Assembly: GCA_951406725.2 (NCBI GenBank)
Contig: OX597826.1
Span: 49,290,001 to 49,354,000 of the forward strand
Reading direction: 5' to 3'
Source of the DNA: Octopus vulgaris
Lineage: Eukaryota
Length of the DNA: 64,000 nucleotides
The first letter of the stretch is position 1. The number at the start of each line of letters is the position of its first letter. Shown here piece by piece: positions 51,861 through 64,000 of the stretch. Under the pieces are notes generated by a model. The model was not told where the DNA came from, ran no database searches, and saw only the letters and a list, made by a program, of their open reading frames with translations. Both the position numbers and the translations under genes were made by a program.

Positions 51861-52221
51861 GGACGTGTATGTGTTGGCGACAGTAAGAGCACCGATTGTA
51901 GAAGAATTCGTCTCAATAAATTTCATCTGACCCATGCAAGCGTAAAGACGTAGACGTTGAAACGATGATTGTGTGTGTGTGTATTCTGGAGTAGTTGTAT
52001 AAGTATTTGTGAGAGAGAGAGAGAGACTCTAAGGAAGAAACAAGGCAGCTCTAAATATAGAGGATGTAAGAGAGACCCAACAGAAGTTGCAAGGTCGTTT
52101 TCAAATAAGAAATATTTGAAACTACCAAGGGACAGAGTTTAGAGAACAATAGTTTGTTAAACAAGACAAACCATACAATAGTTGCTGGTGTATTTTCACA
52201 TTACAAGCGGTATCAAATATT

Positions 52222-52259
<38 letters not shown>

Positions 52260-52779
52260 GAGAAAGAACCACACAAGACAATGAGAATAAATACCACGAT
52301 ATCAAGGTGGAGGTGGAGCGGTGTTGGTTGGTTGGTGGCAAAGTGGTAGAATTGCTGCTGTGTTGGACTGGAGGGAAAACAAATAAATCTTAAAAAAACT
52401 ACTTGCGTCTACATTTCTTTTATCTTTTACCCTTCTTAGTTCAAATCCCGCCGAGGTTCAACTTTGCTTTTCGTCCTTCCAGGGAGTCAGTATAAAAAAT
52501 AACGCAACCGTCAAGTACTGAGGTGGATTTCTATTTAAAAAATATTAAATGAATACGTTAATAGAGACATATTAGCATTTGAAATCCAAAGTTAATTGTA
52601 CTGCTTGTGGATCTCCGTCATTCAACGACGAGGATTCAGTTGTTTGATCAACCGAATCACTTTCTCCTAAATCAAGACAGAAATGGCTGAGCATTCCACG
52701 GCTGCCTATATACCCTTTAGACATCTAAATTAAGGCCTTGCGTCAAAATTTCTTGTTAATATACGTTTTAAACTCAAGA

Positions 52780-53222
52780 GGCGGCGAGCTAGCAGAATCG
52801 TTAGCACGCCGGGCGAAATGCTGCTAAGCATTTCGTCTGTCTTTACCTTCTGGGTTCAAATTCCGCCGAGGTCAACTTTGCATTTCATCCTTTCGGGGTC
52901 GATAAAATAAGTACCAGTTGAGTACTGACTGGGGGGTCAATGTAATCAATCGACTTAACCCTTTCCCCGAAATTGGTAGCCATGGATCAAATTTTGAAAC
53001 CAACGCGGTGAGCTGGCAGAATCGATACCATGCCGGGTAAAATGATTAGCAGCTTTTTGTCCGTCTTTACTACGTTCTGAGTTCAAATTCCGCCGTGGTC
53101 GACTTTACCTTTCATCCTTTCCCTGGTTGATAAAAATAAGTACCATTTGTATACTGAGGACGGTGTAATCGACTTGCCTGTTTCTCCGAAACTGCTAGTT
53201 TTATGCCAAATTTTGAGAGCAA
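52780..53222 (+). mobile_element. Two tandem family B SINEs nested in a piggyBac-like element (~52725-53347)
   Basis: Heads ggcggcgagctagcagaatcg (52780) and gcggtgagctggcagaatcg (53005); host pieces match the reverse complement of 62219-62401 and end caaaggcgTTAA. Confidence 0.85.
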
Positions 53223-53724
53223 TACGTGTTCCGAATTTAATAAAGTTATATGTCCTTAGTTTATTCTACCGAACCTTTCATTATTTTCAAAATTGATTTC
53301 AATAAAAGCAACGTATTTCAATGAAAATACGATAACAAAGGCGTTAAACATGCTTCAGGGCTACTGACTTGTTTGTTTTTTCAGCAAGACTGAACAGGGG
53401 CTGTAATGTATGACTTGTGAGTGGCGTGTGTGGGATGGGAACAACCATCCCTTGTAAATCATCAGCTTTTTGTTATAAGGGCTATCAGATTGTTGCCAAA
53501 GGGCTTACTTTAAGGTGTCAAAGATCAGCAAACAGTGAAAGGAAAGATCAAGCGAGCTAGAAGAGAATGTTTAGAGTTTCGTATGAGGTTACAGGGGTCA
53601 GCCGCCACCACTAATGACTTAACAAAATGTTGGGGTTTATTAGTCTCCCTTCCACTTGTTTTCTTCTTTCTTTTCTTATAATAGTCCTTTATATACATAC
53701 ACACACAATCAGATATATATATAA

Positions 53725-54006
53725 GGCGTAGGAGTGGCTGAGTGGTAAGTAGCTTGCTTACTTACTGAACCACATGGTTCCGGGTTCAGTCCCACAGCAT
53801 GGCACCTTGAGCAAGTGTCTTCTATTTTCTACTACAGCCTCGGGCCGACCAAAGCCTTGTGAGTGGATTTCGCTGACGGAAACTGAAAGAAGCCCGTCGT
53901 ATATATGTATATATATATAAATGTGTGTGTGTGTGTGTGTTGCTCAAGATGCCACGCAGTGGGACTGAACCCGGAACCATGTGGTTGGTAAGCAAGCTAC
54001 TTACCA
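53725..54006. mobile_element. Family A SINE 5' half (plus) followed by an inverted copy of its own head
   Basis: 53743-53814 is the near reverse complement of 53940-54006. Confidence 0.9.
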
Positions 54007-55072
54007 GCAATCTGTGTGTGTGTGTGTGTGTGTGTCTTAAACAATCACAAACACAAGCTTTCTCTGTTTCACATTCAGATGCTATCTCTCTCTCTCTTTC
54101 TTTCTCTCTCTCTCACTTTCTTTCTTTCTCTCTCTCTCTTTTTTTTTCTTTCTCTCTCTCTTTCAGTCCCTGATCTTTATCTTTGTACTGTTTCTATTAT
54201 CTACTCTTCTATCATCTCCCCACCTCTCTCTCTCTCTCTCTCTCCTTCCCCCTTCATATGCAACCAATTCCTTCAAGACCCCTTCCTGCCCGCCTTTGTC
54301 TATTCTTTGAAATGGCTATTGTTTTTTCTTTTTATCTTATTCTTCTCAGAAAACACTCAGATTTTGCCTTTTCCACTATTTTCAACACCCTCACATATTT
54401 TATTTATTTTAGCAGCAGCAGTAATAGTAGTAGTAATAGTAGTATTAGTAGTAGTATTAGTAGTAGTAGTATTAGTAGCAGTAGTAGTAGTAGTAGTAGT
54501 CTTCTTACAGATAGCGATCTTTTCTAACACGTACAATATTGTAATTTAAGTAATTCTTGAAACAAGCGATAATATTCTTGTTGTTACTGTTGTTGTTGTT
54601 GGTTGCTAAACAATAAGGAAAACATTATGTGGAATGGAAAAGGGGGGGGGTAGTTGGTGGTAGAATTTCTAGAGAGTCTCATGCAATGCTTTGTGGGATT
54701 TTGCTCCCAACCGTTTTTATAATCAGAGTTCGAATCCCGACCAAGATGAATCTACAGTTTCTTCTCTTTCTCCTTCCAAGATTGGAAATATAAATATGAA
54801 TTAAGCAAGAATTGGTGTCGACTTCAATGCTTCATCTGTTTATTACCATTCATTTGTGGCTTCTATGTAGAGTTGCTTCTGTGCTTCAGACCTATCAGAA
54901 ACAGTAGTCAAATCTCCCCCATAATTTACAACTAACCACTGGATAATGTAGCCCTTACGTGTATGTGTGTGTGTGATCGTGACTAGAAGACCTTTCTCGA
55001 TTTAGCTGATCATAGGCTTTTTTTTATCCAGCATCCTGACCTAGGATTAAACAACTAGTTATTATTATTATT

Positions 55073-55531
55073 GAGTGAGAGAGCAGTGCATGCCATCAAA
55101 GTGACACTGGGGTAAAACATACGAAGCCCAGTATACCCATCATGACTACCCGTCTGATAAGGGTACACCAGGCACATGCATCACAACTATATGTGCGCGA
55201 TATGGTGATCTCATATCAAGATAAACGGCGCATGACCTTGCAGGTGGGGCCCAGTTAGAATTTTCTTAAGGTCGAGTAACCCATCCCGCTCAAAAGGTCT
55301 CTGAATAAGGGTCGTTTAAGGATGTTGAACGAAACACCCATGTTTCCTGAGGTGAATTATTCAAACCCCAAAGAATCCCTCTCAACACATGGCTATGATG
55401 CTCCCCCACTACTTCTGCTCGTGATCAGAGATGCACATATCGTCAGCCACTAAGGGACATGCTCAACTGGTTAAGGTCAAACAACTGACAAGCAAATCTG
55501 TGGTATTGAGCAGAATATTTGCGGTAGCCCA

Positions 55532-55532
<1 letters not shown>
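55073..55532 (-). mobile_element. Probable 3' end of a non-LTR retroelement inserted in an (ATT)n microsatellite
   Basis: 460-bp complex block bounded on both sides by (ATT)n; minus strand begins with an open stretch MGYRKYSAQYHRFACQLFDLNQLSMSLSG* then ~370 nt and a (TAA)n tail. Clade not determinable here. Confidence 0.55.
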
Positions 55533-55576
<44 letters not shown>

Positions 55577-55770
55577 GGCAGCAAGCTTGCAGTCATTAGC
55601 ACACCGGGCAAAATGCTTTTCGACATTTTGTCTATCTTTACGATCTGAGTTCAGATTCCGCTGAGGTCGACTTTGCCTTTCATCCTTTCGTTATCAATAA
55701 ATTAAGCGATGTAATCGACTTGGCCCCTCCCATCAAATTTCAGGCCTTGTGCCTATAGTAGAAAGGATTA
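55577..55770 (+). mobile_element. Family B SINE
   Basis: ggcagcaagcttgcag...gaggtcgactttgcctttcatcctttcg...ggccttgtgcctatagtagaaaggattatt. Confidence 0.85.
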
Positions 55771-55905
55771 TTATTATTATCGTGAACTTGACCTTTCACC
55801 CTTCTTGGGTGTCACCATGTCATCGTAGTCAACATCCTTTATTAGGGGCGGTGGGAGGCACAAGCCGTCTGTGTATGTGTGTGTGTATTATAATCAAATA
55901 TCTCG

Positions 55906-55967
<62 letters not shown>

Positions 55968-56677
55968 ATATATATATGTGTATATATATGTATGTATATA
56001 TACATATCAGCGCATGAATTTTCATAGTGTGTGTGTGTCACTTGTGAACCACCCCACTAATGCATATCATACCCACCCACTAAATCTCTGCCCTTCCCTC
56101 CCATCCCACCCCACCCCTAAACTCCCCTCCCGCACCCTTCAAACTCATTGTTCGTCGGTGACATACTTCATCACACTCCAGAGTAAGTGTTAAAACTTAA
56201 AGCCTTACCACCACCACCACCACCACCCTACGTACCTTCCCCCTTCTCTCTCTCTCTCTCCCTCCCCCTCCCCTCTTCGTTACTATATGTTTATTGGTCA
56301 TGTAAGGCACCACCACCTCCACTACTACTACCGCTTCGAGTTATAGCGGCGGGTTGGGTTGGGTCTGATATTTGACTTGAGGGATGGAGGGTCTGTGCGT
56401 TTTTTACTTTTTTTTTCTTTTTTGTTTGGTTTGTTTTGTTTTGTTTTTTTTTAAGGGTTAGTGGGACGTCGAGAGAGAGAGGGAGAGAGAGGAGAGGGAG
56501 AGATCACATCGCGATTTTACCACTAACATCACTCCCGCTTGGCAGCCATTGGATGTGTGACAGAACAGGAGGGTTTTTTCTTTACATTTCTTTTTGGTTC
56601 CAAGCGCTTCCACACACACACACACACACACACACTCTCTCTCTCTCTCTTTCTCGCCCAGCTATTATTCCTCTTAG

Positions 56678-56953
56678 GGGATGGTGGTACTACAAAACAA
56701 ACTCCACTAGCCACCACCATCACCACCACCACCTTCATCAACAGCAGTAGCAGTAGCAGCATCAGTAGGAGCGATAATAGCAAAACATCAACAGGTTTAG
56801 TTCTAAGAAGCTGGAACAACAACAACAACAACACACAGATGCCTGTCTCTACCACAGCACATGTCATTCAAACTGGTTCCCCAGAGAAACGGCACCGCCA
56901 TCAACTACCCTCGCTCATTATGGCTCCCTGGTCTTTCTACCCTGAACTTCTAG
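56678..56953 (+). CDS. Putative coding exon (exon C), low-complexity T/S/N-rich segment ending MPVSTTAHVIQTGSPEKRHRHQLPSLIMAPWSFYPELL; internal phase 1-1 exon or alternative first exon (ATG 56839 or 56920)
   Basis: Lies in ORF 56539-56973; donor CTAG|GTAATA (GT at 56954, phase 1); acceptors ending 56661 and 56677 after a CT tract; 276 nt in frame with exon B; ATG 56920 has ATTATGG context. The 5' boundary is uncertain. Confidence 0.5.
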
Positions 56954-57217
56954 GTAATATCTCTCTCAAATAATTAATCATCTTATAACTTATACTATGT
57001 GCACCATGTTTACACACACACACGTGTGTATGTGTATGTGTGTGTATAAACGTGCATGTTATGTGTGTATATATATTTACACGACATATATATATATATA
57101 TGTATTATATAACACATACAATTATATCTTAAGATGTGTAACAAGATATTTATAAGATGTATATATGATATATATTTTTATTTACGAAATTTGTGTATGT
57201 TTATAACGTATTATTTA

Positions 57218-57260
<43 letters not shown>

Positions 57261-57305
57261 TATATATTATATATATACATATTATATATTATATATTGAT
57301 ACAAA

Positions 57306-57520
57306 GGCTGCGAGATGGCGGAATCGTTAGCACGCCGGGTAAAATGTTTCGCGGCATTTCGTCCGTCTTTACGTTCTGGGTATCGAATTCTGTTGAAGTC
57401 ATTGCTGTCTTTCATCCTTTCGGGATCGATAAATTAAGTACCAGTGGAACACTGGGGTCGATGTCATCGACTGTTTCCCTTTCCCATATTTTAGGCCTTG
57501 TGCCTATAAGTAGAAAGGAT
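57306..57520 (+). mobile_element. Family B SINE, full length
   Basis: ggctgcgagatggcggaatcgttagcacgccggg...tttcatcctttcgggatcgataaattaagtaccag...ggccttgtgcctataagtagaaaggat. Confidence 0.88.
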
Positions 57521-58075
57521 TTTGTATCGACACATTACATATATGTGGGTATACATATACACACACTCACACATACATATATACACGCACACACAAGCAC
57601 CCACGATTGTTTTTCAATGCTCTACTAGATGAGAGGAATCTCGTGAGGTAGTGTTTTCTGCCCCGTGCCCTTCATCTCACCAATCGATATAGCGCAACGT
57701 AGCGATACATTTTACCTGTTCTAAAACCAATTTGTATAAGTGTTTATACACATGTGTATATATTTATATATATTTGTGTGTTTTATTTATATACAGTATC
57801 ATATTTTCGTTTTCTTTTAATATTGGCTTTGCTATGCTAGCCTTTTCCAGATAATGCATGCTCCTTGTGTCGCCAAAATGAGAATTTTAATTTTTAAAGA
57901 ATTTTTTCATTTCGTTATTGGACTATTTGCGGTTGACCGTTAACGCTGCAGACCGTCTTTTCCTCAATGTCTTCAATAAAATTAAATCTAAACTAAATTC
58001 CACCAGGAACAAATTTTTGTCACTCAGTTTCCTTCGCCTTTGTATCTGAAAGTAATTACCAGTGGCGTTTGGAGC

Positions 58076-58545
58076 TGATTCAATCAGCTGTAACCGTTGG
58101 CAGGTGATATATTGGAGTACCGGACACATGTTTGGGACTCTGTTCAAGCAACTGTGACCGTTTACAGATTTAGTGGAGTACCAGTCATGATATGGGACTG
58201 ATTCAACCAGCTGTAATTCTCGGCAGACAAATAGGTGACCTACACGCGTTCTGGGTATTGGTTCAATCAACTGTGACCATTGACAGATATAGTGGAGTAC
58301 TAGACATGTTCTGGGGGTATATTCAACGAACTTATATAGAGTAGCATAGGCATATACAGGGGTTCTGTTTAACCAGCTGTAGCTGTTGGCAGATATAGCG
58401 GAATACCAGACATACTCTGGGGTGGGGGGGGTATTCAACCATCTGTGACATTTGGCATATAGTGGAATACCAAACACGTTCCGCAACTGATTGAATCAGC
58501 TGTGATTTTTGACAGATGAAGTTGAGTACCAGACATACACTGTGG
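58076..58545. repeat. Diverged ~60-bp minisatellite, ~8 units
   Basis: Recurrent ttcaa(c/t)ca(g/a)ctgt...(g/a)cagat.tagtggagtacc.gaca at ~58079, 58143, 58202, 58262, 58322, 58368, 58434, 58491. Confidence 0.85.
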
Positions 58546-59322
58546 AATAGGGGGGTCGGCTATGTGTGACCAACTGGAGTTCCAGGTAAAATGCCTTTAA
58601 GCTCTGCGACTTTTTTTTTTCTTGTATTTTGATGTTAATTCCAAATGTGGTGGATCTTTGGTTTTACAGTCTTAAGGAACCAGTTAACTAAATTTCCAGT
58701 TGTACCTGTCAAAAATCGTTGTTATTGTAAAGAAATCCCTAAAAAGGGATTTGCCATCGTTTATTTATCTCTGTGGAGTGGAAAGATGAAGACGTTGTGG
58801 ATGTGACATGTCAAAGGTCTAAACGAGCTATTTCCTCTATACAAAAGCCGCTAGTTTAATAAATTTGTATCCGCTTTTCTTTTGATGAAAGCGACGTGGC
58901 GAATTGCTTTATATACAAACTTAGTCTCTCCAATTCTTGCCGGTAGAGGGGAGGTATTTTTTTTTTTTTTTTTCATTTTATTTCTGAGGGAGTTATTAAG
59001 GCAAAGGCAAGGCTGCTGTCTTCCATCAAAGAAGATAGAAACAGAAGCTAGTTAAGAGGAGGAAGAAAAAAAAAAACTAAGGGTTGGGCCAACCCCTACA
59101 TCCCGCTTCCATTCTCCTCCACAATAAAAGTGGCAATGACTATTTTTATGGGTCATCGGTATAAATAAAAACACGCTAAATTGGGTATTGGGTTCTAAAA
59201 AATATCTGTGGGTGTGTGAGAGAGAGTAAGAGAATGGTATTTAATTGCAAAGATACAGATTTTGTGACGCGAGTGGGGTTCGTTTGTTTATATATATATG
59301 TTCGTTTGTTTATACATATACT

Positions 59323-59354
<32 letters not shown>

Positions 59355-61394
59355 CTCACACACACACTATTTCATTGTTTTCAGTCAGTGGTTCTATTTC
59401 TCCCGCCCCATCCCCACCACCGGAACTTTAGGGACAGCTGAAACCTGATCGGTAGTTTTACTGTTTACAGAATCTTGTATATGCAAACCCACCAAAAATT
59501 GCCCCCACCACCACCACCGCTGCTGCCGTCGCCTACCCTACAACCCTTACTAACCCGCCTCAACCACACACACACACACACAAACACATATACATGCACG
59601 CATTCATTTACACAAAACAACTGTCCAAAAATGTATCCCTTTGCCCTTTTCGTGCTGCTCCCACCCTAACCTTTCCCTACTGTGTCTGTCTGACTCCCTC
59701 CTATCTTAACCCCCTGCAAATACAACAGCTCTGAACCATTCCAGCTGGTCTGGTCAATTTTTATCTTTTATTTAGCCTCTGCTTGACCTCAACATCTAAC
59801 TAATGAGGAAAGTTCCTGCCCCCTTCATTCTTCCCCTTCCCCCTAGCAACGGGGTGGGGGGGGGGGCTCATCCTTTACTGCTCCACCACCTCCTCCTGTT
59901 AGTTCTAAAAACCTTTCTTTCTCTATTGCCATATAATTTATTTACCATTTTCAGTGTCAAAGAAATTCTCCCAAACCTTTGCTTTATTGAAACAAAAGGC
60001 TGGTCAGTGTTGTTGTTCCTGTTGACCCTCAGGTCAGCAGACATCCAACAGGCTTATGATCGAAAGTATTGGTCCGTTGTTGTTGTTGTTGTTCACCCTC
60101 AGTTCTACAACAAAACAAGGCAGTGATCAAAGGTATTGTTTTAAACCTTTGTCATTCACTTTTCTTTTTTTTTTTCTGAAACAATGTATCTAACACCACA
60201 TTATTCATACTTCTTTTTTTCTCTGATGTAAAAGTGTGGCTTGAGAAATTTGACTGCTATTATTAGCAGGTCGAGTATTCACCCTGACTTCATAGTGATT
60301 GGAAGTGATTCCTGGAAGAATTTTAAAAGAGCTACCATTTTTTAAAATATCCAATTGAGATCCAAATTACTTAGGGTTGTTTCATTGTCTGATGTGGGGG
60401 TCCACATCTACATTAATAGTTTCTATTGTATTTATTCATTCAATTTTGTGGTTAAGGATTATAAGGGTCATATATCTAGCTGTGTGCAGTTTGGAGTTTG
60501 TTGAGCCGGTAGAATCATTAAAGCATCAGACAAAAATACTAACAGGCTATACATCCTGAAATTTACAAAAATACAATATGGTCACATTTGGAATGACCAT
60601 CATCTGTTTAATTTGGGTTGACTTGTGACTAAACAGCAACAACCAGTGTTTATTTTACTAAACCTATGGAGGGTGGGTGAGGGCATTTTTTTTTTCTCTC
60701 TTACAAAATGTCAGTATATCCTGTATCCAATCCAATCTCAGATTAAATATATTATTCAGGATCAAATCATAAGAAAGATACCAGAATATTTCTAGATGTC
60801 GAAATTGTGTTGCTATTTGGTCGGCAACTGATGAGGGGTTGGACTTCTTTATGTTCTTTGCCCATCATCTCCTTATACCACATTAAGTTTCCTTTCGTTG
60901 TTGTGCGTTTATAGAGTTTTAGGGAAAATCACCCTGAAATCCAATATATTAGAAATCTCCCCACTTCAGCTCATGAGCTACAGTTCGACCCATCATTAGT
61001 CTACATGGTTAGTCATCTATCAAATAGCATGGTCTCAGGATCATACTACAGCTGTAGCTGACTGAACTGAACACTAATCCAATAAGCTATACAGCAATTT
61101 TTGGTGTAAGAACCTACAAATTACAGCACTCACATGGGTATATTTACAACTAAGTCAGCTCACTTGCTATGGAGTTAAGAGTGCTAGCAACATGGTTTGA
61201 ACCAACAGCTTATTGGTTGGGTTGTCTTGTAACTTATCAGGACAACCAGCCGATAAGCAACCCCTTCTCGCCATGTCCCTGTCTCAGGTGCATTTGCTTA
61301 TATCGTGACACACTCATTGTCTTATTCGTAATAGAGCATGACTCTGAGTTTGGTTTCTATCAGCTTTAAATCCTGCTCAGCTGCCTTTAGTGTG

Positions 61395-61436
<42 letters not shown>

Positions 61437-61850
61437 GCATGTTTGTGAAGGTAATGTATACACACATATATTGTTCCTCCAAAGCTTATAAACACTGTTA
61501 TATGTATATATATGAAAAAAAAATCTTGACATCACTGACAACATTGGTGGAGGTGGTGGTGGTGGAGGTGACGTCATCATTGTTTTAACATCATTCATTT
61601 TTATTTTTTCCTCCCATGCTGGCACAAGAACAAAAGTACTGCTATTATCATCGCACTCCTTGCTGTAGGGTCCCTACCCTGCTCTGTGGGCAGCACCACC
61701 ACCACAACCTGGGAGACTGTCATTCATCCTTGGGGGCCCCTTGGTGGTTATATAAACAAATCATTAATTGCTCTCATCAATTGCATACAATACTCCCCAC
61801 TTTGGTCTGCAGTGATGGGAAAACCAGCCTTTCACAGAGTCATACATATT

Positions 61851-61884
<34 letters not shown>

Positions 61885-62218
61885 CAGCATGCATAAACAT
61901 ATATGTCTATGTGGTGTGTGCGCATATGTGTACATAATATATGCATATAATATGTTCGTATAAAATATGTAGGCATATATATATATATATCTTTTTATAT
62001 GAAATTATGCGTCTAAGTTAGCATTTTTGTATGTGTGTGCATGTGTATACATAGATGAATAGATATAAAATGAATATATCTGTGGTGTATGTGTGTGTAT
62101 ATATATATCTTTTGTAAACAAAGTTCATGATATTATATGTGTCTTCGTGTGTGTGTGTGTGTGTATTAATCATGGGTCAGCTGGATTGTAGACAACCTAG
62201 GGCTAAAAAATAATATAT

Positions 62219-62401
62219 TTAACTCTTTCACTACCCTATTTCTGTAGAGATGCTTTGTGTTTCTTTCTATTAATTTTAAATGTAACAAAGAATTTAGTAA
62301 ATTAAATTTATCTATCATTCTGCTAGTGTTAGGAACGTAAATTGTGACTAAGGTTTGGTGGAAGATTTTAATTTCATCTGGGTTGGTATCAAAGCGGTTA
62401 G
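62219..62401. mobile_element. piggyBac-like MITE remnant
   Basis: TTAActctttcactacc ... ggtatcaaagcggTTAg imperfect termini at a TTAA-type site; related sequence at 52725-53347. Confidence 0.55.
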
Positions 62402-62694
62402 GCAGAGAAAAGTGGTCGAAACTTCCAAAATTCAAATGAAAAGAAACTGGTTAAATCGGTGATATTTTAAAGAAAAGTCAGGAGACCCTATTCAATAATG
62501 TAATCCAAGGTACATCGCCTTTTCTCTCTAATGTCCACCCTTCCATGTTTGCAAGGGTCAGATGAAATTTACTGAGGCTGATTTTCCGCAGCCAAATACT
62601 TTTCCTGTCCCCAACCCTCGCCTGTTTCCAAGAACGGTTATATTTCCCCATATTCTTCACAGAATACTGAGAAAGAATAACATTCACTCACAAC

Positions 62695-62842
62695 AAGCTT
62701 TTTTTCAGTTCCTGTCTACCAAATCTACTCAGCAAGGCCATAAGAATAGAAGGCACTTAGCCAAGGTGCCAAGCAGTGGGGTTGAACCCAAAACCATGTG
62801 ATTGGGACACAAACTTCTTAACCACATGGCTATGGCTGTGCC
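62695..62842 (-). mobile_element. Diverged family A SINE head
   Basis: ttcagttcctgtctaccaaatctactca...ccaaggtgccaagcagtggggttgaacccaaaaccatgtg...cttcttaaccaca. Confidence 0.75.
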
Positions 62843-63309
62843 ATTCACACTATGTTTGAAAAGTAAGGCAGGGTGATCACAGCTGGAGCGCTTTTGATAA
62901 TAAGTTTGCTTTATAACTGTTGCTTGTTAAGTCTTTCTTTCACCAGGCTTCATACAATTCTAATTACGCAAAGAGAGAAAACCCAGCTATCAGGCTTTTG
63001 TCTGCAGATACATGTACAGAGTTATATACATCTACACACATTGTGTACATGTGTATGTAGGTATACATATGCATATGTGTGTGTGTACGTGTGTGTGTGT
63101 ACACATGCATAATGAAAATCTTGTGCCAGTATGTTCATAGTAAAAATGGACATATTATTTTTAGATGAGGTCTACAGTTGAACAATGGGGCTTACATATT
63201 CAGCTGTGAACCAAACATACACAGATACAAACGTGATAACATTTGCTGTTACACACACTCATATGGTAGTGGTAAAGCAAAAATGTATATATGTAATGCA
63301 TAAAAGCTA

Positions 63310-63381
<72 letters not shown>

Positions 63382-63521
63382 TATGCTATATAGTATATAT
63401 GTATATATATATATATATAGCATATATACTATGTTAATATATATGTATATAAGGTAGGTAGTTAGAAAGATATGTATGTATATGGTTCGTATGCTGCCAA
63501 TTAAGACTGGGTTTTTGTCTC

Positions 63522-63584
<63 letters not shown>

Positions 63585-64000
63585 GTCTTTCCATGTTTTC
63601 CTTTCTCCATTGGACATTCAAAAGATGAATTAAACAGCCGAAAATAGCAAGACAGCATTCAGCTGCAGCACTACAGCGGAAATGTTGAAATTCCAAATGA
63701 ATCAAAATCTTTAAATGTCTGTCTCTCCTTCTCTCCCCTCTCTCTCACCCACTTTCTCCCCCCCCCCCAGTTGTTTTATACAACTATATAATATACACTA
63801 TCACATATAATTTCAAGAGTAACATGGCATTGGCAGGAATGGTAAGGTGCCAGACACCAAATGCTTTGCATACAACAGTATGTGCTTTCATTGTATGCTG
63901 TGAGTGGTGGAGGGGTTACAAGGGAAGATATAGTCTTTGTTTTGTCATTGCTTTCCAGTTGGTTGATGTGATGCAATAACTACCATTGACATTTTGGGGA

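Noticed and set aside
57628-57680. let-7-like TGAGGTAGT in a weak hairpin
   Set aside because: Only 9 nt match; remainder and pairing do not fit a pre-miRNA.
57923-58486. 187-aa minus-strand ORF with repeated motifs
   Set aside because: Arises from the ~60-bp minisatellite; successive units are read in different frames (WYS..S.N versus VL.YI.Q..QLIE), so the frame is not conserved.
58076-58545. CRISPR-like regular spacing; ttcaaccagctgt also matches the 3' half of miR-133
   Set aside because: Whole units are homologous, with no unique spacers or cas genes; the miR-133 seed and hairpin are absent.
60822-60960. Hammerhead-like CTGATGA-ggggt ... accct-GAAA with a ~90-nt insert
   Set aside because: No UH cleavage triplet or stem I after the putative stem III; at most a decayed relic.

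Overview
Eukaryotic, gene-poor, extremely microsatellite- and SINE-rich DNA. The SINE families look like those of Octopus (coleoid cephalopod); this is recognition from memory, not a database search. Nearly every entry in the ORF track is a translation of simple repeats. Visible content: (i) three frame-compatible + strand exon candidates (15121-15252 ending in ATG, 29164-29206, 56678-56953) suggesting the 5' part of one long-intron gene of unknown identity; (ii) dozens of copies of at least four tRNA-derived SINE families (called A-D here) plus RTE-type tails; (iii) non-autonomous DNA transposons with clear TIRs and TSDs (Merlin-like, Tc1/mariner-like, piggyBac-like, hAT-like); (iv) short retroelements carrying minimal hammerhead-ribozyme cores of the Penelope type, one of which has a tRNA-like Pol III head; (v) a tRNA-Gln pseudogene, a 148-bp palindrome, minisatellites and local duplications. 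No CRISPR, rRNA or intact transposase/RT ORF was seen.
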